Source: Candidatus Levyibacteriota bacterium (GTDB lineage: Bacteria; Patescibacteriota; Microgenomatia; Levybacterales; UBA12049). From it: a DNA stretch of 48,732 nucleotides. The translations under genes were made by a program, and so were the position numbers. Below, piece after piece: positions 8,487 to 17,763 of this stretch. Positions within the stretch are counted from its first letter, which is position 1, and each line of letters opens with the position of its first letter. Under the pieces are notes generated by a model that saw nothing but the letters and a program-made list of their open reading frames with translations, made no database searches and was not told the origin of the DNA. The stretch lies in the NCBI GenBank assembly GCA_049519175.1, contig JBEKQZ010000001.1, positions 173,311-222,042 of the forward strand, read 5' to 3'.

Positions 8487-9503
8487 ATGCTAAAAATTAA
8501 AGACGAGGGAATAATTCTTAAAACTTCAGATTTGGAATTTGAAAATAAAGCAGTTTGTAACCCAGCCTGTATCCAAGTGGGTAAAGTTACTCACATGTTC
8601 TATCGGGCAATCGATCGTAATAATATTTCCTCAATCGGCTATTGTCAGTTAAAAAATAATCAGGTTGTAAAAAGACTGAAAAAACCGGTGCTTTTCCCCG
8701 AGCATGATTACGAAAGAAACGGCGTCGAAGATCCCAGAATAACCTTTTTAGAAGGAACATATTATCTTTTCTACACCGCTTTCGATGGGGCGAATGCCCG
8801 TATCGCTTATGCGACTAGCAATGATTTAAACAATTTTGTCAAACAAGGGCTTGTTTCCCCGGATATTACTTATGATAAAGCCAGTCAAATCTTCCGCCAG
8901 AAGCAGTTAAAGGAAGAGTATTTTATCTCGAAATTGCATTTGGAAACAGAGTTTAAGGGGCTTAATTTTTTATGGGAGAAAGACGCTATATTATTTCCGA
9001 AAAAGATCAATCAACAATTTGCTCTGATGCACCGCATTCGTCCGGACATTCAGATTATCTATTTCAAAAACTTCAAAGACCTAACGGAAAATTACTGGAG
9101 GGCTTATTTGGAAAACTTAAAAAAATACATCATGCTTAAACCGAAATTCCAGTTCGAGAATCGATATATCGGTGGCGGTTGTCCGCCTATCGAAACCAAA
9201 GACGGATGGCTTATTATCTATCACGCGGCGCAAAATACATCTCTTGGAAAAGTTTATCATGCCGGAGCTGCTCTGCTTGACCTCAAAAATCCCCTCAAAA
9301 TCTTGGGGCGGTTAAATAAACCTCTATTTTCCCCGGTAACTCCTTGGGAAAAAAACGGTATTACCAATAACGTTGTTTTCCCTACCGGAGCAATAGTCAA
9401 AGCTGGAAGACTGCATATCTATTATGGAGCTGCGGACAAGTTAATCGCCGCAAAATCTATTGACCTTAACGAACTACTGACAGAGCTTAAAAAAACCGCT
9501 TAA
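8487..9503 (+). CDS. GH130-type glycoside phosphorylase/hydrolase (beta-mannoside-acting family)
   Basis: About 338 aa. NPACIQ, GVEDPRITFLEGTYYLFYTAFDG and IYYGAADK segments are typical of the GH130/DUF377 five-bladed propeller family. Confidence 0.75.
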   Translation: MLKIKDEGIILKTSDLEFENKAVCNPACIQVGKVTHMFYRAIDRNNISSIGYCQLKNNQVVKRLKKPVLFPEHDYERNGVEDPRITFLEGTYYLFYTAFDGANARIAYATSNDLNNFVKQGLVSPDITYDKASQIFRQKQLKEEYFISKLHLETEFKGLNFLWEKDAILFPKKINQQFALMHRIRPDIQIIYFKNFKDLTENYWRAYLENLKKYIMLKPKFQFENRYIGGGCPPIETKDGWLIIYHAAQNTSLGKVYHAGAALLDLKNPLKILGRLNKPLFSPVTPWEKNGITNNVVFPTGAIVKAGRLHIYYGAADKLIAAKSIDLNELLTELKKTA

Positions 9504-9507
9504 AACT

Positions 9508-11724
9508 ATGATTACCAACCGACAGAGTAAATCTTGGATAGTTTGTCTTTCCACTTTTCCGCCACGGCAGTGCGGCATCGCTACCTTTACGGCTGATCTT
9601 ACTAACGCTATTGACCAAATGTTCGGACCATCGGTTAAATCAAAGATTGTCGCGATGAACATAACGAATATCAGTGATTTGCCTTATTCCGACAAAGTAA
9701 TTCTTCAAATAAGCCAGCCTCGTCAAGAGGACTATTTTAACGCTGCCCATAAGCTGAACCGTCTTAAAAAAGTAAAGCTTGTCAACATCCAACATGAATT
9801 CGGTATTTTCGGAGGAGAGAACGGTTCATATCTGCTTTATTTTTTAAAAGAACTGCATAAACCGGTCGTCACTACTTTACATACCGTGCTTCCGAATCCT
9901 GATGAAAAAATGCTTAACGTAGTTCGGGAGATAATGAAATATTCAAAAATAATAATCGTCATGACCCGTTCCTCAAAGGAAATTCTAGTCAGAGATTATG
10001 GGTTAGATTCCAAGCGGATTAAGATTATCCCTCACGGAATCCATCATGTTCCCCATACTACCAGCGAAAAGGCTAAGTCTAGCTTCGGATTCTCCGGAGA
10101 AATAATTCTGTCTACTTTTGGGCTGCTTGGTCCCAGCAAAGGAATAGAATATGTCATTGAAGCTCTTCCGCCGGTAGTTAAAAAGTTTCCTAATATCCGC
10201 TTCCTTGTCGCCGGCGTCACTCACCCGGTTGTTTTAGGAAATACCGGGGAAATCTACCGTAATTTCCTTACCAAAAAAGTGAGTCAACTCGGTTTAAGTA
10301 AATATGTGTCTTTTTATAATACTTATTTTGACATCAATAAGCTTCTGCAATTTTTAGAGGCTACCGATATCTATCTTTCTCCGTCCTTAAACCCTCAGCA
10401 AACTGTTTCCGGTACTTTGTCTTATGCTCTTGGTAGCGGCCGTCCGGTTATCTCTACCGCTTTTGCCCAAGCTAAACAAGACATCACGGGTGAAGTCGGT
10501 ATTTTGGTTGATTTCAAAAAACCACAGGCTTTTACTGCTGCTATTATCAAATTAATCGGTCACAATAAATTACGTTTACAAATGGGTAAAAATGCCTATT
10601 TCCGCACCAGGCATATGACTTGGGAGAATGTTGCCCATTCCTATATGAAATGTTTCTCGGAAGTTTCGCCGCAGTTAAGCTCGGGACAAAAAAAGTTGCC
10701 CTCCATAAAACTGGAACATTTGCTTAAATTGACTGATAATTTTGGGATTATTCAGTTTGCCAAACTGACCGAACCGGATCTCTCCTCAGGATATACCTTG
10801 GATGATAACTCCCGAGCCTTAATCGTGGCCGCTTTACATTATAATAAATTTAGAACTCCTGCTTCGTTAAAACTGATTCCTATCTATCTTAACTTCCTTC
10901 ACTTCGTAGCTAAGCCCGATGGCTATTTTGATAATTATGTCAATGCAAACCATACTATTGATAAACCAAGAAATATTCAGGAAAATTTAGAAGATTCCAA
11001 TGCCAGAGCGCTATATGCACTTGCTTTAGTTTCAACTACCAAACGACTCCCCGAACACCTCAAAGAACAAGCTCATTTGCTGTTTAAGCAAAGTTTCCGG
11101 AAAAGTATTACTTTCTTAGCGCCTCGCGCTATGGCTTTTTATATTAAGGCTCTTAGTTGTTTACTTTCCGAACGAAACGAGTCCGAAACTCTCGCGGTAT
11201 TAAGATATTACTGCGAGCAACTCGTCGCTTTGTATGAGAAAAATCATTCGCCGGACTGGGAGTGGTTTGAGCATATTCTGACCTATTCAAATGCTCTTTT
11301 ACCGGAAGCGCTCATCCTCGGGTATAAAATAACCGGAGAGAAAAGATACCGTGAAGTAGCTAAAATAACCTTCGATTTTTTAATTAAACATACCTTTAAG
11401 GACGGTATTTATATTCCCGTTGGTCAAAGCGGCTGGTTTCCCAAGAAAGGGATGAGACAGTATTTTGACCAACAGCCTGAAGATACTGCTGCCATCATAG
11501 AAGCTCTCAGCGCCATGTTTGAGGTAACAAACAAAAAGCATTACAAAGAGCTGGCAAACACCGCCTTCAATTGGTTTTTAGGTGATAATGTGCTTGGGCA
11601 AGTTGTCTACGATCGCACCACCGGAGGATGCTATGATGGAATTGGAGAAAAATTTATTAACCTTAACCAGGGCGCCGAATCTACCATTTCTTATCTTTTT
11701 GCCCGTCTCTTTTTTGAAGGCTAG
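9508..11724 (+). CDS. GT4 glycosyltransferase fused to a large C-terminal helical domain of unknown function
   Basis: N-terminal ~390 aa follow a GT-B/GT4 pattern (STFPPRQCGIATFTADL ... SPSLNPQQTVSGTLSYALGSGRPVIST). The C-terminal ~350 aa are helix-rich, possibly an alpha/alpha toroid. Starts 4 nt after the GH130 stop. Confidence 0.75.
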   Translation: MITNRQSKSWIVCLSTFPPRQCGIATFTADLTNAIDQMFGPSVKSKIVAMNITNISDLPYSDKVILQISQPRQEDYFNAAHKLNRLKKVKLVNIQHEFGIFGGENGSYLLYFLKELHKPVVTTLHTVLPNPDEKMLNVVREIMKYSKIIIVMTRSSKEILVRDYGLDSKRIKIIPHGIHHVPHTTSEKAKSSFGFSGEIILSTFGLLGPSKGIEYVIEALPPVVKKFPNIRFLVAGVTHPVVLGNTGEIYRNFLTKKVSQLGLSKYVSFYNTYFDINKLLQFLEATDIYLSPSLNPQQTVSGTLSYALGSGRPVISTAFAQAKQDITGEVGILVDFKKPQAFTAAIIKLIGHNKLRLQMGKNAYFRTRHMTWENVAHSYMKCFSEVSPQLSSGQKKLPSIKLEHLLKLTDNFGIIQFAKLTEPDLSSGYTLDDNSRALIVAALHYNKFRTPASLKLIPIYLNFLHFVAKPDGYFDNYVNANHTIDKPRNIQENLEDSNARALYALALVSTTKRLPEHLKEQAHLLFKQSFRKSITFLAPRAMAFYIKALSCLLSERNESETLAVLRYYCEQLVALYEKNHSPDWEWFEHILTYSNALLPEALILGYKITGEKRYREVAKITFDFLIKHTFKDGIYIPVGQSGWFPKKGMRQYFDQQPEDTAAIIEALSAMFEVTNKKHYKELANTAFNWFLGDNVLGQVVYDRTTGGCYDGIGEKFINLNQGAESTISYLFARLFFEG

Positions 11725-11738
11725 AGCTGGTTAAATAG

Positions 11739-12176
11739 CTACTCAATGGTTTGCTGGCCGAGGGATTTTCGCATGGCGGAGTCAATCACTCTTTGCCCGA
11801 CAATAATATCCTGTTTTATTTGGTTCGGGATGTGCAATTTTTGGATTTGTTTAAAAGTAAACCACGAAAATGAGGCTTTTTTAGTGTTAGGGAAAGTTTC
11901 TAGCTTTCTAACGACGGCATAATGAAGAAAATTATTTTTTTTCTTATCTTCGTGGAAATAGCTGTAAATCGAGAAAATATTTTTCGGCTTAAGCTCTAAA
12001 CGAAGATAGGAAAAGACTACCCGCTTAAATGCTTCCGCGGTTGTCTCCTTACCTAAACACTCACCTTCAAATAAGGACCATTCGGTTCCCGAATCGGCAG
12101 TGCTTGATTGTTGCAAGAGAATTTGCTGAGTCTTGGGGTGATAAAGAAATCCGCTTGCATAAAAATCCTTATGCAT
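11739..12176 (-). CDS. hypothetical protein, possibly a degenerate NUDIX fold
   Basis: 145 aa. GECLGKETTAEAFKRVVFSYLRL loosely resembles a Nudix box but lacks the REx2EE core. Confidence 0.45.
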   Translation of the reverse strand: MHKDFYASGFLYHPKTQQILLQQSSTADSGTEWSLFEGECLGKETTAEAFKRVVFSYLRLELKPKNIFSIYSYFHEDKKKNNFLHYAVVRKLETFPNTKKASFSWFTFKQIQKLHIPNQIKQDIIVGQRVIDSAMRKSLGQQTIE

Positions 12177-12299
12177 TCATTACATTATAGCACAGTTTAG
12201 CCTTCTTTGTCCACGCAAAAGAGGATAAAAAGCAAGTTGACTGTCTTTAATAAAACATTTTTGCTATCATTAGGGTAGTAGTGGTTTAAGCATTTATTT

Positions 12300-14453
12300 A
12301 TGAATGATAACGGCAAGGTAGTTTTGGAAATTAAGACTCCCAGGAATACTGAAGAAACTTCGGAAGCAATGACCCAATTTCTCTCCAGCTTGGTTAATCT
12401 AAAACGCCAAATCGTCTATTTTTACCGACGCGGTATTCCCATTAGTTTGGAAATTGCCACTTTTGCGCAAACGACCCATTTTTTTATTGTCGTGCCGCAA
12501 AAATTCCAAACTTTTATCGAAGGACAATTAACGGCCCAGTATCCAAAAGCGCTGATTATCCGCAGTAAAGATTATCTGCCGGATATTTTTAATGCTTCGG
12601 GCAAACTCTATGAGGGAAGACTTAAGGTAAAACACGGCTCTTTATTTCCAATAAAAACCTATAAAGATTTTAAAGACGTTGATCCAATCAGTTCAATCTT
12701 GGGAATTTTGGCAAAGCTGGATAAAGACGACAAAGCGGTAATTCAATACTTACTGGTGCCAATCGGAACGGGTTGGCAGTCAAAAGGACAAGGGGCGATT
12801 CTTCGAAGCGATGACCCCGACAAGGAGAATCCGCTTACTCAATATAAAAAAATTATCACCGATAAAATCAGCCAAAACGGTTTCCGGGTCGGAATCAGAA
12901 TTTTAGTCAAAAGCGATAATCCCGGTTTGTTTTTCAATATCGTCAACGGCTTTTCGGTTTTTAATAACCCGGTTGGCAACAGCTTTTATTTAAGACGTCC
13001 GCATCTTTGGCAAAAAGCTCGGTTTGAAAAAGCGCTCATCAACCGGAGCAGATCTTTTATTCCGACCAATCAAGTCTTAAATGTTTCGGAAATCGCCAGC
13101 CTTTATCATCTACCGACAGAACAACTGGCAAAAATTCATAATCTTTCTTGGACGAAAGCCATCTTTTCCGAGCCGCCGGAAAATTTGCCAATCGCTCAAG
13201 GGCTAGAAGACGAGGACAAGCAGGAAATTAATTTTTTTGCCAACACCGAATTTAAAAATAAAGTCACCAATTTTGGCATCAAGAAAAAAGACAGGCGAAA
13301 ACATACTTATATCATCGGAAAAACCGGCGCCGGAAAATCGACTTTAATTGCCAATATGGCGATTAACGATATTAAAAACGGCGAAGGGGTAGCAGTGATT
13401 GATCCGCACGGAGATTTGACGGAAATAATTCTGGATTACATTCCGGCCAACCGCATTAATGACGTAATTTATTTAGACCCGTCGAATTCCTCCTCAAATA
13501 GTTTTCATCTTAATCCCTTGGAAGTCGGCGGGACACAGAAAGAATTAATCGCTTCAGGCATTGTTTCCATCTTTAAAAAACTTTACGGAAATTCCTGGGG
13601 ACCAAGACTGGAATATATTTTAAGAAATACTATTTTGACTCTTTTGGAAGTTCCCGACTCGACTTTTCTGGAAGTCCCCGGTTTATTAACGGATAAAAGC
13701 TACCGGGATAAAGTTGTGGCAAAGTTAAATGATCCGGTCTTAAAAAATTATTGGATTAATGAGTTTGAAACGATGACACCAAGGCTAATGAGTGAATCTA
13801 TTTCGCCAATTCTTAATAAAGTCGGCCAGTTTATTTCTTCAAACATTGTTAGAAATATTATCGGTTCGCCTAAATCGACAATTGATTTGGAGAAAATTAT
13901 GAATGAAGGGAAAATTATGCTATTGAATCTTTCCCAGGGGAAATTGGGAGAAGATAATTCTTCGCTTTTGGGTGCAATGATTATTACTAAATTGCAACTG
14001 GCAGCGATGAACAGGGTTGATTCGCCTGAAGAACAAAGAAAAGATTTTTATCTTTATGTCGATGAGTTTCAGAATTTTGCCACCAATTCTTTTATCAAAA
14101 TTTTGTCCGAAGCCAGAAAATACCATCTGGATTTAATTATGGCTAACCAGTATATGGCCCAAGTCCCCGAAGAAGTTAGAGCGGCAATTTTTGGTAATGT
14201 TGGCAGTTTAATTTCATTTATCGTCGGCGCGCAAGACGCCTTTTATTTGGCCAAAGAATTAGGAGAAAGGTTTAAAGAAGAAGATTTCTTGGCGTTGGGG
14301 AATTATCAAATTTTAACCAAACTTTCGATAGACAGCATTACCTGCCCGCCATTTTTGGCGCAAACTCTGCCTTTGCCGATGAGTAAAAACCAAAACCGCG
14401 AAAAAGTAATCCGCGTTTCCCAAGAAAGATATTCTAAGCCTCTAAAAGTGTAA
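12300..14453 (+). CDS. TraD/VirD4/HerA-FtsK-like P-loop ATPase with an unknown ~330-aa N-terminal domain
   Basis: Walker A IIGKTGAGKSTLI and Walker B FYLYVDEFQNF, then ARKYHLDLIMANQY. Domain order matches type IV coupling-protein-like ATPases. No TM helices noted at the N-terminus. Confidence 0.75.
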   Translation: MNDNGKVVLEIKTPRNTEETSEAMTQFLSSLVNLKRQIVYFYRRGIPISLEIATFAQTTHFFIVVPQKFQTFIEGQLTAQYPKALIIRSKDYLPDIFNASGKLYEGRLKVKHGSLFPIKTYKDFKDVDPISSILGILAKLDKDDKAVIQYLLVPIGTGWQSKGQGAILRSDDPDKENPLTQYKKIITDKISQNGFRVGIRILVKSDNPGLFFNIVNGFSVFNNPVGNSFYLRRPHLWQKARFEKALINRSRSFIPTNQVLNVSEIASLYHLPTEQLAKIHNLSWTKAIFSEPPENLPIAQGLEDEDKQEINFFANTEFKNKVTNFGIKKKDRRKHTYIIGKTGAGKSTLIANMAINDIKNGEGVAVIDPHGDLTEIILDYIPANRINDVIYLDPSNSSSNSFHLNPLEVGGTQKELIASGIVSIFKKLYGNSWGPRLEYILRNTILTLLEVPDSTFLEVPGLLTDKSYRDKVVAKLNDPVLKNYWINEFETMTPRLMSESISPILNKVGQFISSNIVRNIIGSPKSTIDLEKIMNEGKIMLLNLSQGKLGEDNSSLLGAMIITKLQLAAMNRVDSPEEQRKDFYLYVDEFQNFATNSFIKILSEARKYHLDLIMANQYMAQVPEEVRAAIFGNVGSLISFIVGAQDAFYLAKELGERFKEEDFLALGNYQILTKLSIDSITCPPFLAQTLPLPMSKNQNREKVIRVSQERYSKPLKV

Positions 14454-14468
14454 TTCGACTGCGGTTTA

Positions 14469-15521
14469 TTAACCGGTTAGTTTACTTAGATATGGAACTT
14501 TGTGGACCACAAATGCAATTGCAAAAGAAATAATTGTCACTGTTAAAAAATATAACGGGTCAAACCAAATCTGATAAATAATTTTCCCATTGGTTATTTG
14601 CAAAAGTTTTAATCCAACCGAATACCAAATCGCTTCCAAAATTATGACATGAATAAAAAAGACAAAGAAAGAAAGATGCGAAAGTTTTTTTATCAACTCA
14701 ATAAATTTCAATTTCCGGTCAAAAATCCAATACAAAAATCCGCTTAACAAAATCGTATATATTAAGATACTGGGTCGCCAGGAAGAATAAAACGTAAGAT
14801 AGTTGTGAGTTTTTAAGTAGCCGTTCAGGCCTTCGAAAAAAATAAGGGCCGCAAAAACTATTGTCCCAAAAAGCAAAAGCAACTTCCATTTCTTAATAAA
14901 ATTTTTAAATCTCTGTTGATTTCTGGCCAGGACAATTCCCAAAATAAAAACGTAAAAATTCATCAGCGCAATTCCGACCGGATAATAAATTGGTAGTGGC
15001 CTAATATCGTATTGATAATAAAGTATTAACAGTTGCAGTAATCCAAAAATAAGCAAAGCCCATTTGTTAATCAGAAATTCGCAAAAATTATGAATCAACG
15101 GGAAAAGCAAATAAAAAATTAACAAGGCCGGAATAAAATAAAGTTGATAAGACGCATTGCCTTGCAAAAGCGCGTTGAACAAATTTGGGTCACGGCCTTT
15201 ATAATAGACGAAAAAATAATAAATGGCACTCCAAAAAATGTAAGGAATAATAATCCGGCTAAATCTTTTTTGAAGATAAGCTAAATAGCTTTCGTGTAAA
15301 TGGTAATTTAATTCCAACACAAAACCGGAAATCATAAAAAAGAGCGGAACGGCAAAGCGAGCCACTTGATTTAGAAATAGCGTCCAGGGAATTTTAGTTA
15401 AAGCGTAGGAGGATGTTTCCAGAGTTCTGGTGGTCGTGTGAATAATAATAACCGCCAAAATGGAAATAATTCTTAAGATGTCGACGACCGGATTATAGAG
15501 TTTTTTCTTTTTTTCGTTCAC
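14469..15521 (-). CDS. acyltransferase family 3 membrane O-acyltransferase (OafA/YrhL-like)
   Basis: 350 aa with about 10 TM helices. N-terminal VDILRIISILAVIIIHTT motif with the conserved His. Confidence 0.8.
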   Translation of the reverse strand: MNEKKKKLYNPVVDILRIISILAVIIIHTTTRTLETSSYALTKIPWTLFLNQVARFAVPLFFMISGFVLELNYHLHESYLAYLQKRFSRIIIPYIFWSAIYYFFVYYKGRDPNLFNALLQGNASYQLYFIPALLIFYLLFPLIHNFCEFLINKWALLIFGLLQLLILYYQYDIRPLPIYYPVGIALMNFYVFILGIVLARNQQRFKNFIKKWKLLLLFGTIVFAALIFFEGLNGYLKTHNYLTFYSSWRPSILIYTILLSGFLYWIFDRKLKFIELIKKLSHLSFFVFFIHVIILEAIWYSVGLKLLQITNGKIIYQIWFDPLYFLTVTIISFAIAFVVHKVPYLSKLTG

Positions 15522-15563
15522 AAGCAGATTCTAACAAGAATTTATTTAAAATAACACACCCTT

Positions 15564-16256
15564 TTAGTAAATAGTGGCAGGCCGTTTTCCAGTTCTCCTC
15601 CAATTATGAACAACTGCTGTCCGTTTCTCGGCTGCCTCTGCAAATCTTTGGGCGATTCTGGTAAATACTTCTGCCATAATTGGGAATCGTCCGCCGTTTT
15701 GAGCTGTTTTAAAAATAGCTGCTAGACCCTGCGGACAATTATCGGCATCTTTTATTGCAACTATTACATCGCCGCTTTTTAAAACCACGATGCTCATAAA
15801 CCGGGTAAATCCATAACGATCCTCTTCTTGATCTCGTCCTTCCTGCTCAATGTCCGTAATGTTGACGACCATATGTCTAAACGCAGCAGTTTTATCGCCC
15901 GTTATAACTTTTATGGGAAGATGACTGATGAGAGCTTCTTGTTCTTTTGTTGGCGATCGATAATCTGTGGGAATTTGTCCATGGTGGTCTTCAAATATTT
16001 GAGCTACTCCACTGAATTCTTCTGGAATCATCGCAAAGCTTCCTCCGCCAGGGCGAGTATTAAATCGCATTCCTGGAATTATATCGTTTCTTCCCGTTAG
16101 CTCTATTGCGAAATCGCTTATGCCTAAGAAACTAAACGCTAAAGTATTTCCGCTTTCGTCATCACCGGGGATGTTACTAACGGTTGTTGAATGAGCTTCC
16201 TTAGTTATTAGGACTCCGTTGATATCGATAACGTCGGGACGTCTACCATTTTCCAC
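15564..16256 (-). CDS. hypothetical protein (about 230 aa)
   Basis: Track ORF 15564..16274. The TTG start at 16274 lies immediately upstream of, and the following codons run through, a TGCTATAAT box (16263-16271, minus), so GTG 16256, 6 nt after the box, is preferred. No motifs recognised. Confidence 0.6.
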   Translation of the reverse strand: MENGRRPDVIDINGVLITKEAHSTTVSNIPGDDESGNTLAFSFLGISDFAIELTGRNDIIPGMRFNTRPGGGSFAMIPEEFSGVAQIFEDHHGQIPTDYRSPTKEQEALISHLPIKVITGDKTAAFRHMVVNITDIEQEGRDQEEDRYGFTRFMSIVVLKSGDVIVAIKDADNCPQGLAAIFKTAQNGGRFPIMAEVFTRIAQRFAEAAEKRTAVVHNWRRTGKRPATIY

Positions 16257-16262
16257 AGGCAG

Positions 16263-16315
16263 ATTATAGCACAAGCGAATCCCGAGATTGATTTACGGGG
16301 AAGATATGGTATCAT
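16263..16315. promoter_or_regulatory. back-to-back divergent -10 boxes
   Basis: TGCTATAAT (16263-16271, minus) serves the 230-aa ORF. TGGTATCAT (16307-16315, plus) lies 7 nt before the purB GTG at 16323. Confidence 0.55.
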
Positions 16316-16322
16316 CACACTT

Positions 16323-17726
16323 GTGAGTAAAAGAGATTTGCTATCTGAGCTTAACGCAATTTCGCCTTTGGATGGGCGCTATAGACAAAAAGTCGAAGAG
16401 CTTTCCCCTTTTGTTTCGGAAATGGCGTTGATTAAACTTCGTGTTGAAATCGAAGCAAGATATTTAATTTCTCTCTCTGAAGTTGGTTTAATTAGAAAAC
16501 TTAAAGTTTCGGAAAAGAAATTCTTATTGGAGCTTGGTCAGAAAATGACCGACGAACAGGTTTTAAAAGTTAAGGAATTTGAAGAAATAACCCGCCATGA
16601 CGTAAAAGCGGTTGAAAAATTCTTAAGGAAAATATTTTCTAAAACAAGTCTAAAAGATTTGCTGGAATGGATTCATTTTGGTTTAACTTCGGAAGATGTT
16701 AATAACATTGCCCGCCGGTTAATGTTCAATCAAGCCGTAGAACGAGCTGTGCTTTCTGTTCTGAATCAGATAGTTGATGAGTTGGCAAAAATTGCCAGTG
16801 CATATAAGGAAACGCCGATGTTGGCTAGAACTCACGGACAACCGGCAGTTCCGACCACGCTTGGTAAAGAGATGATAAATATTGCCCTACGTTTAAACAG
16901 GCAAGTAAGAAAATTGGAAGCGCTTCGCTTGACGGGAAAACTAAACGGAGCAGTCGGAAATTATAACGCTCTGGAGTTAGCAGCGCCGGAAGTTGATTGG
17001 ATTGAATTCTCAAGAAAGTTTGTTGCGAGTTTAGGACTTGAACCAAACCTTGCCACAACCCAAATTAATCCCTACGAAGATGAAATCGAAATGTTTCAAG
17101 TAATCCAGCGGATCAATGGCATAGTCTTAGATATAGACCAAGACATGTGGAGATACATTAGCGATAATTGGTTTATTCAAGAAGTCAAAAAAGGAGAAGT
17201 CGGTTCCTCAACCATGCCGCAGAAAGTTAATCCGATTGATTTTGAAAACAGTGAGGGCAATGTTCAACTTGCAAATAGTTTTATTGAAGGGATGGTAAGG
17301 AAGCTAGCAGTATCAAGATTGCAACGGGATTTGTCGGACAGCACGACGGTTCGGAATATCGGAGTTGCGCTTGCCTACAGTCTTTTGGGATATAAAAGTT
17401 TATTGACCGGACTTTCCCGAGTTAATCCAAATGTTGAATTGTTAAAAAAAGTTTTAAATGAGAATTGGGTAATTCTTACAGAAGGTGTGCAAACGGTTTT
17501 AAGAAGAACTGGAGTAAAAGATCCATACTCTTTAATCGCGTCTCTCTCCAGGGGACAACATATCGGAAAAGACGAATGGCAAACTTGGATTGACGGTCTT
17601 GATACTAAAGCCTCAATCAAGAAACAGTTAGAAGTTTTAACGCCGGAAACGTATATTGGTAAAGCAGTGAAGCTAACGGAGTTGGCGCTTGGGGAAATAA
17701 AAAGCTCCAGAAAACCCCGAAAGTGA
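16323..17726 (+). CDS. purB: adenylosuccinate lyase
   Basis: Fumarate-lyase signature GSSTMPQKVNPIDFEN. About 467 aa with long-form PurB architecture. Confidence 0.95.
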   Translation: MSKRDLLSELNAISPLDGRYRQKVEELSPFVSEMALIKLRVEIEARYLISLSEVGLIRKLKVSEKKFLLELGQKMTDEQVLKVKEFEEITRHDVKAVEKFLRKIFSKTSLKDLLEWIHFGLTSEDVNNIARRLMFNQAVERAVLSVLNQIVDELAKIASAYKETPMLARTHGQPAVPTTLGKEMINIALRLNRQVRKLEALRLTGKLNGAVGNYNALELAAPEVDWIEFSRKFVASLGLEPNLATTQINPYEDEIEMFQVIQRINGIVLDIDQDMWRYISDNWFIQEVKKGEVGSSTMPQKVNPIDFENSEGNVQLANSFIEGMVRKLAVSRLQRDLSDSTTVRNIGVALAYSLLGYKSLLTGLSRVNPNVELLKKVLNENWVILTEGVQTVLRRTGVKDPYSLIASLSRGQHIGKDEWQTWIDGLDTKASIKKQLEVLTPETYIGKAVKLTELALGEIKSSRKPRK

Positions 17727-17763
17727 CAGGAATTCTTCAGGATATTTGTTGTATAATTTGATA

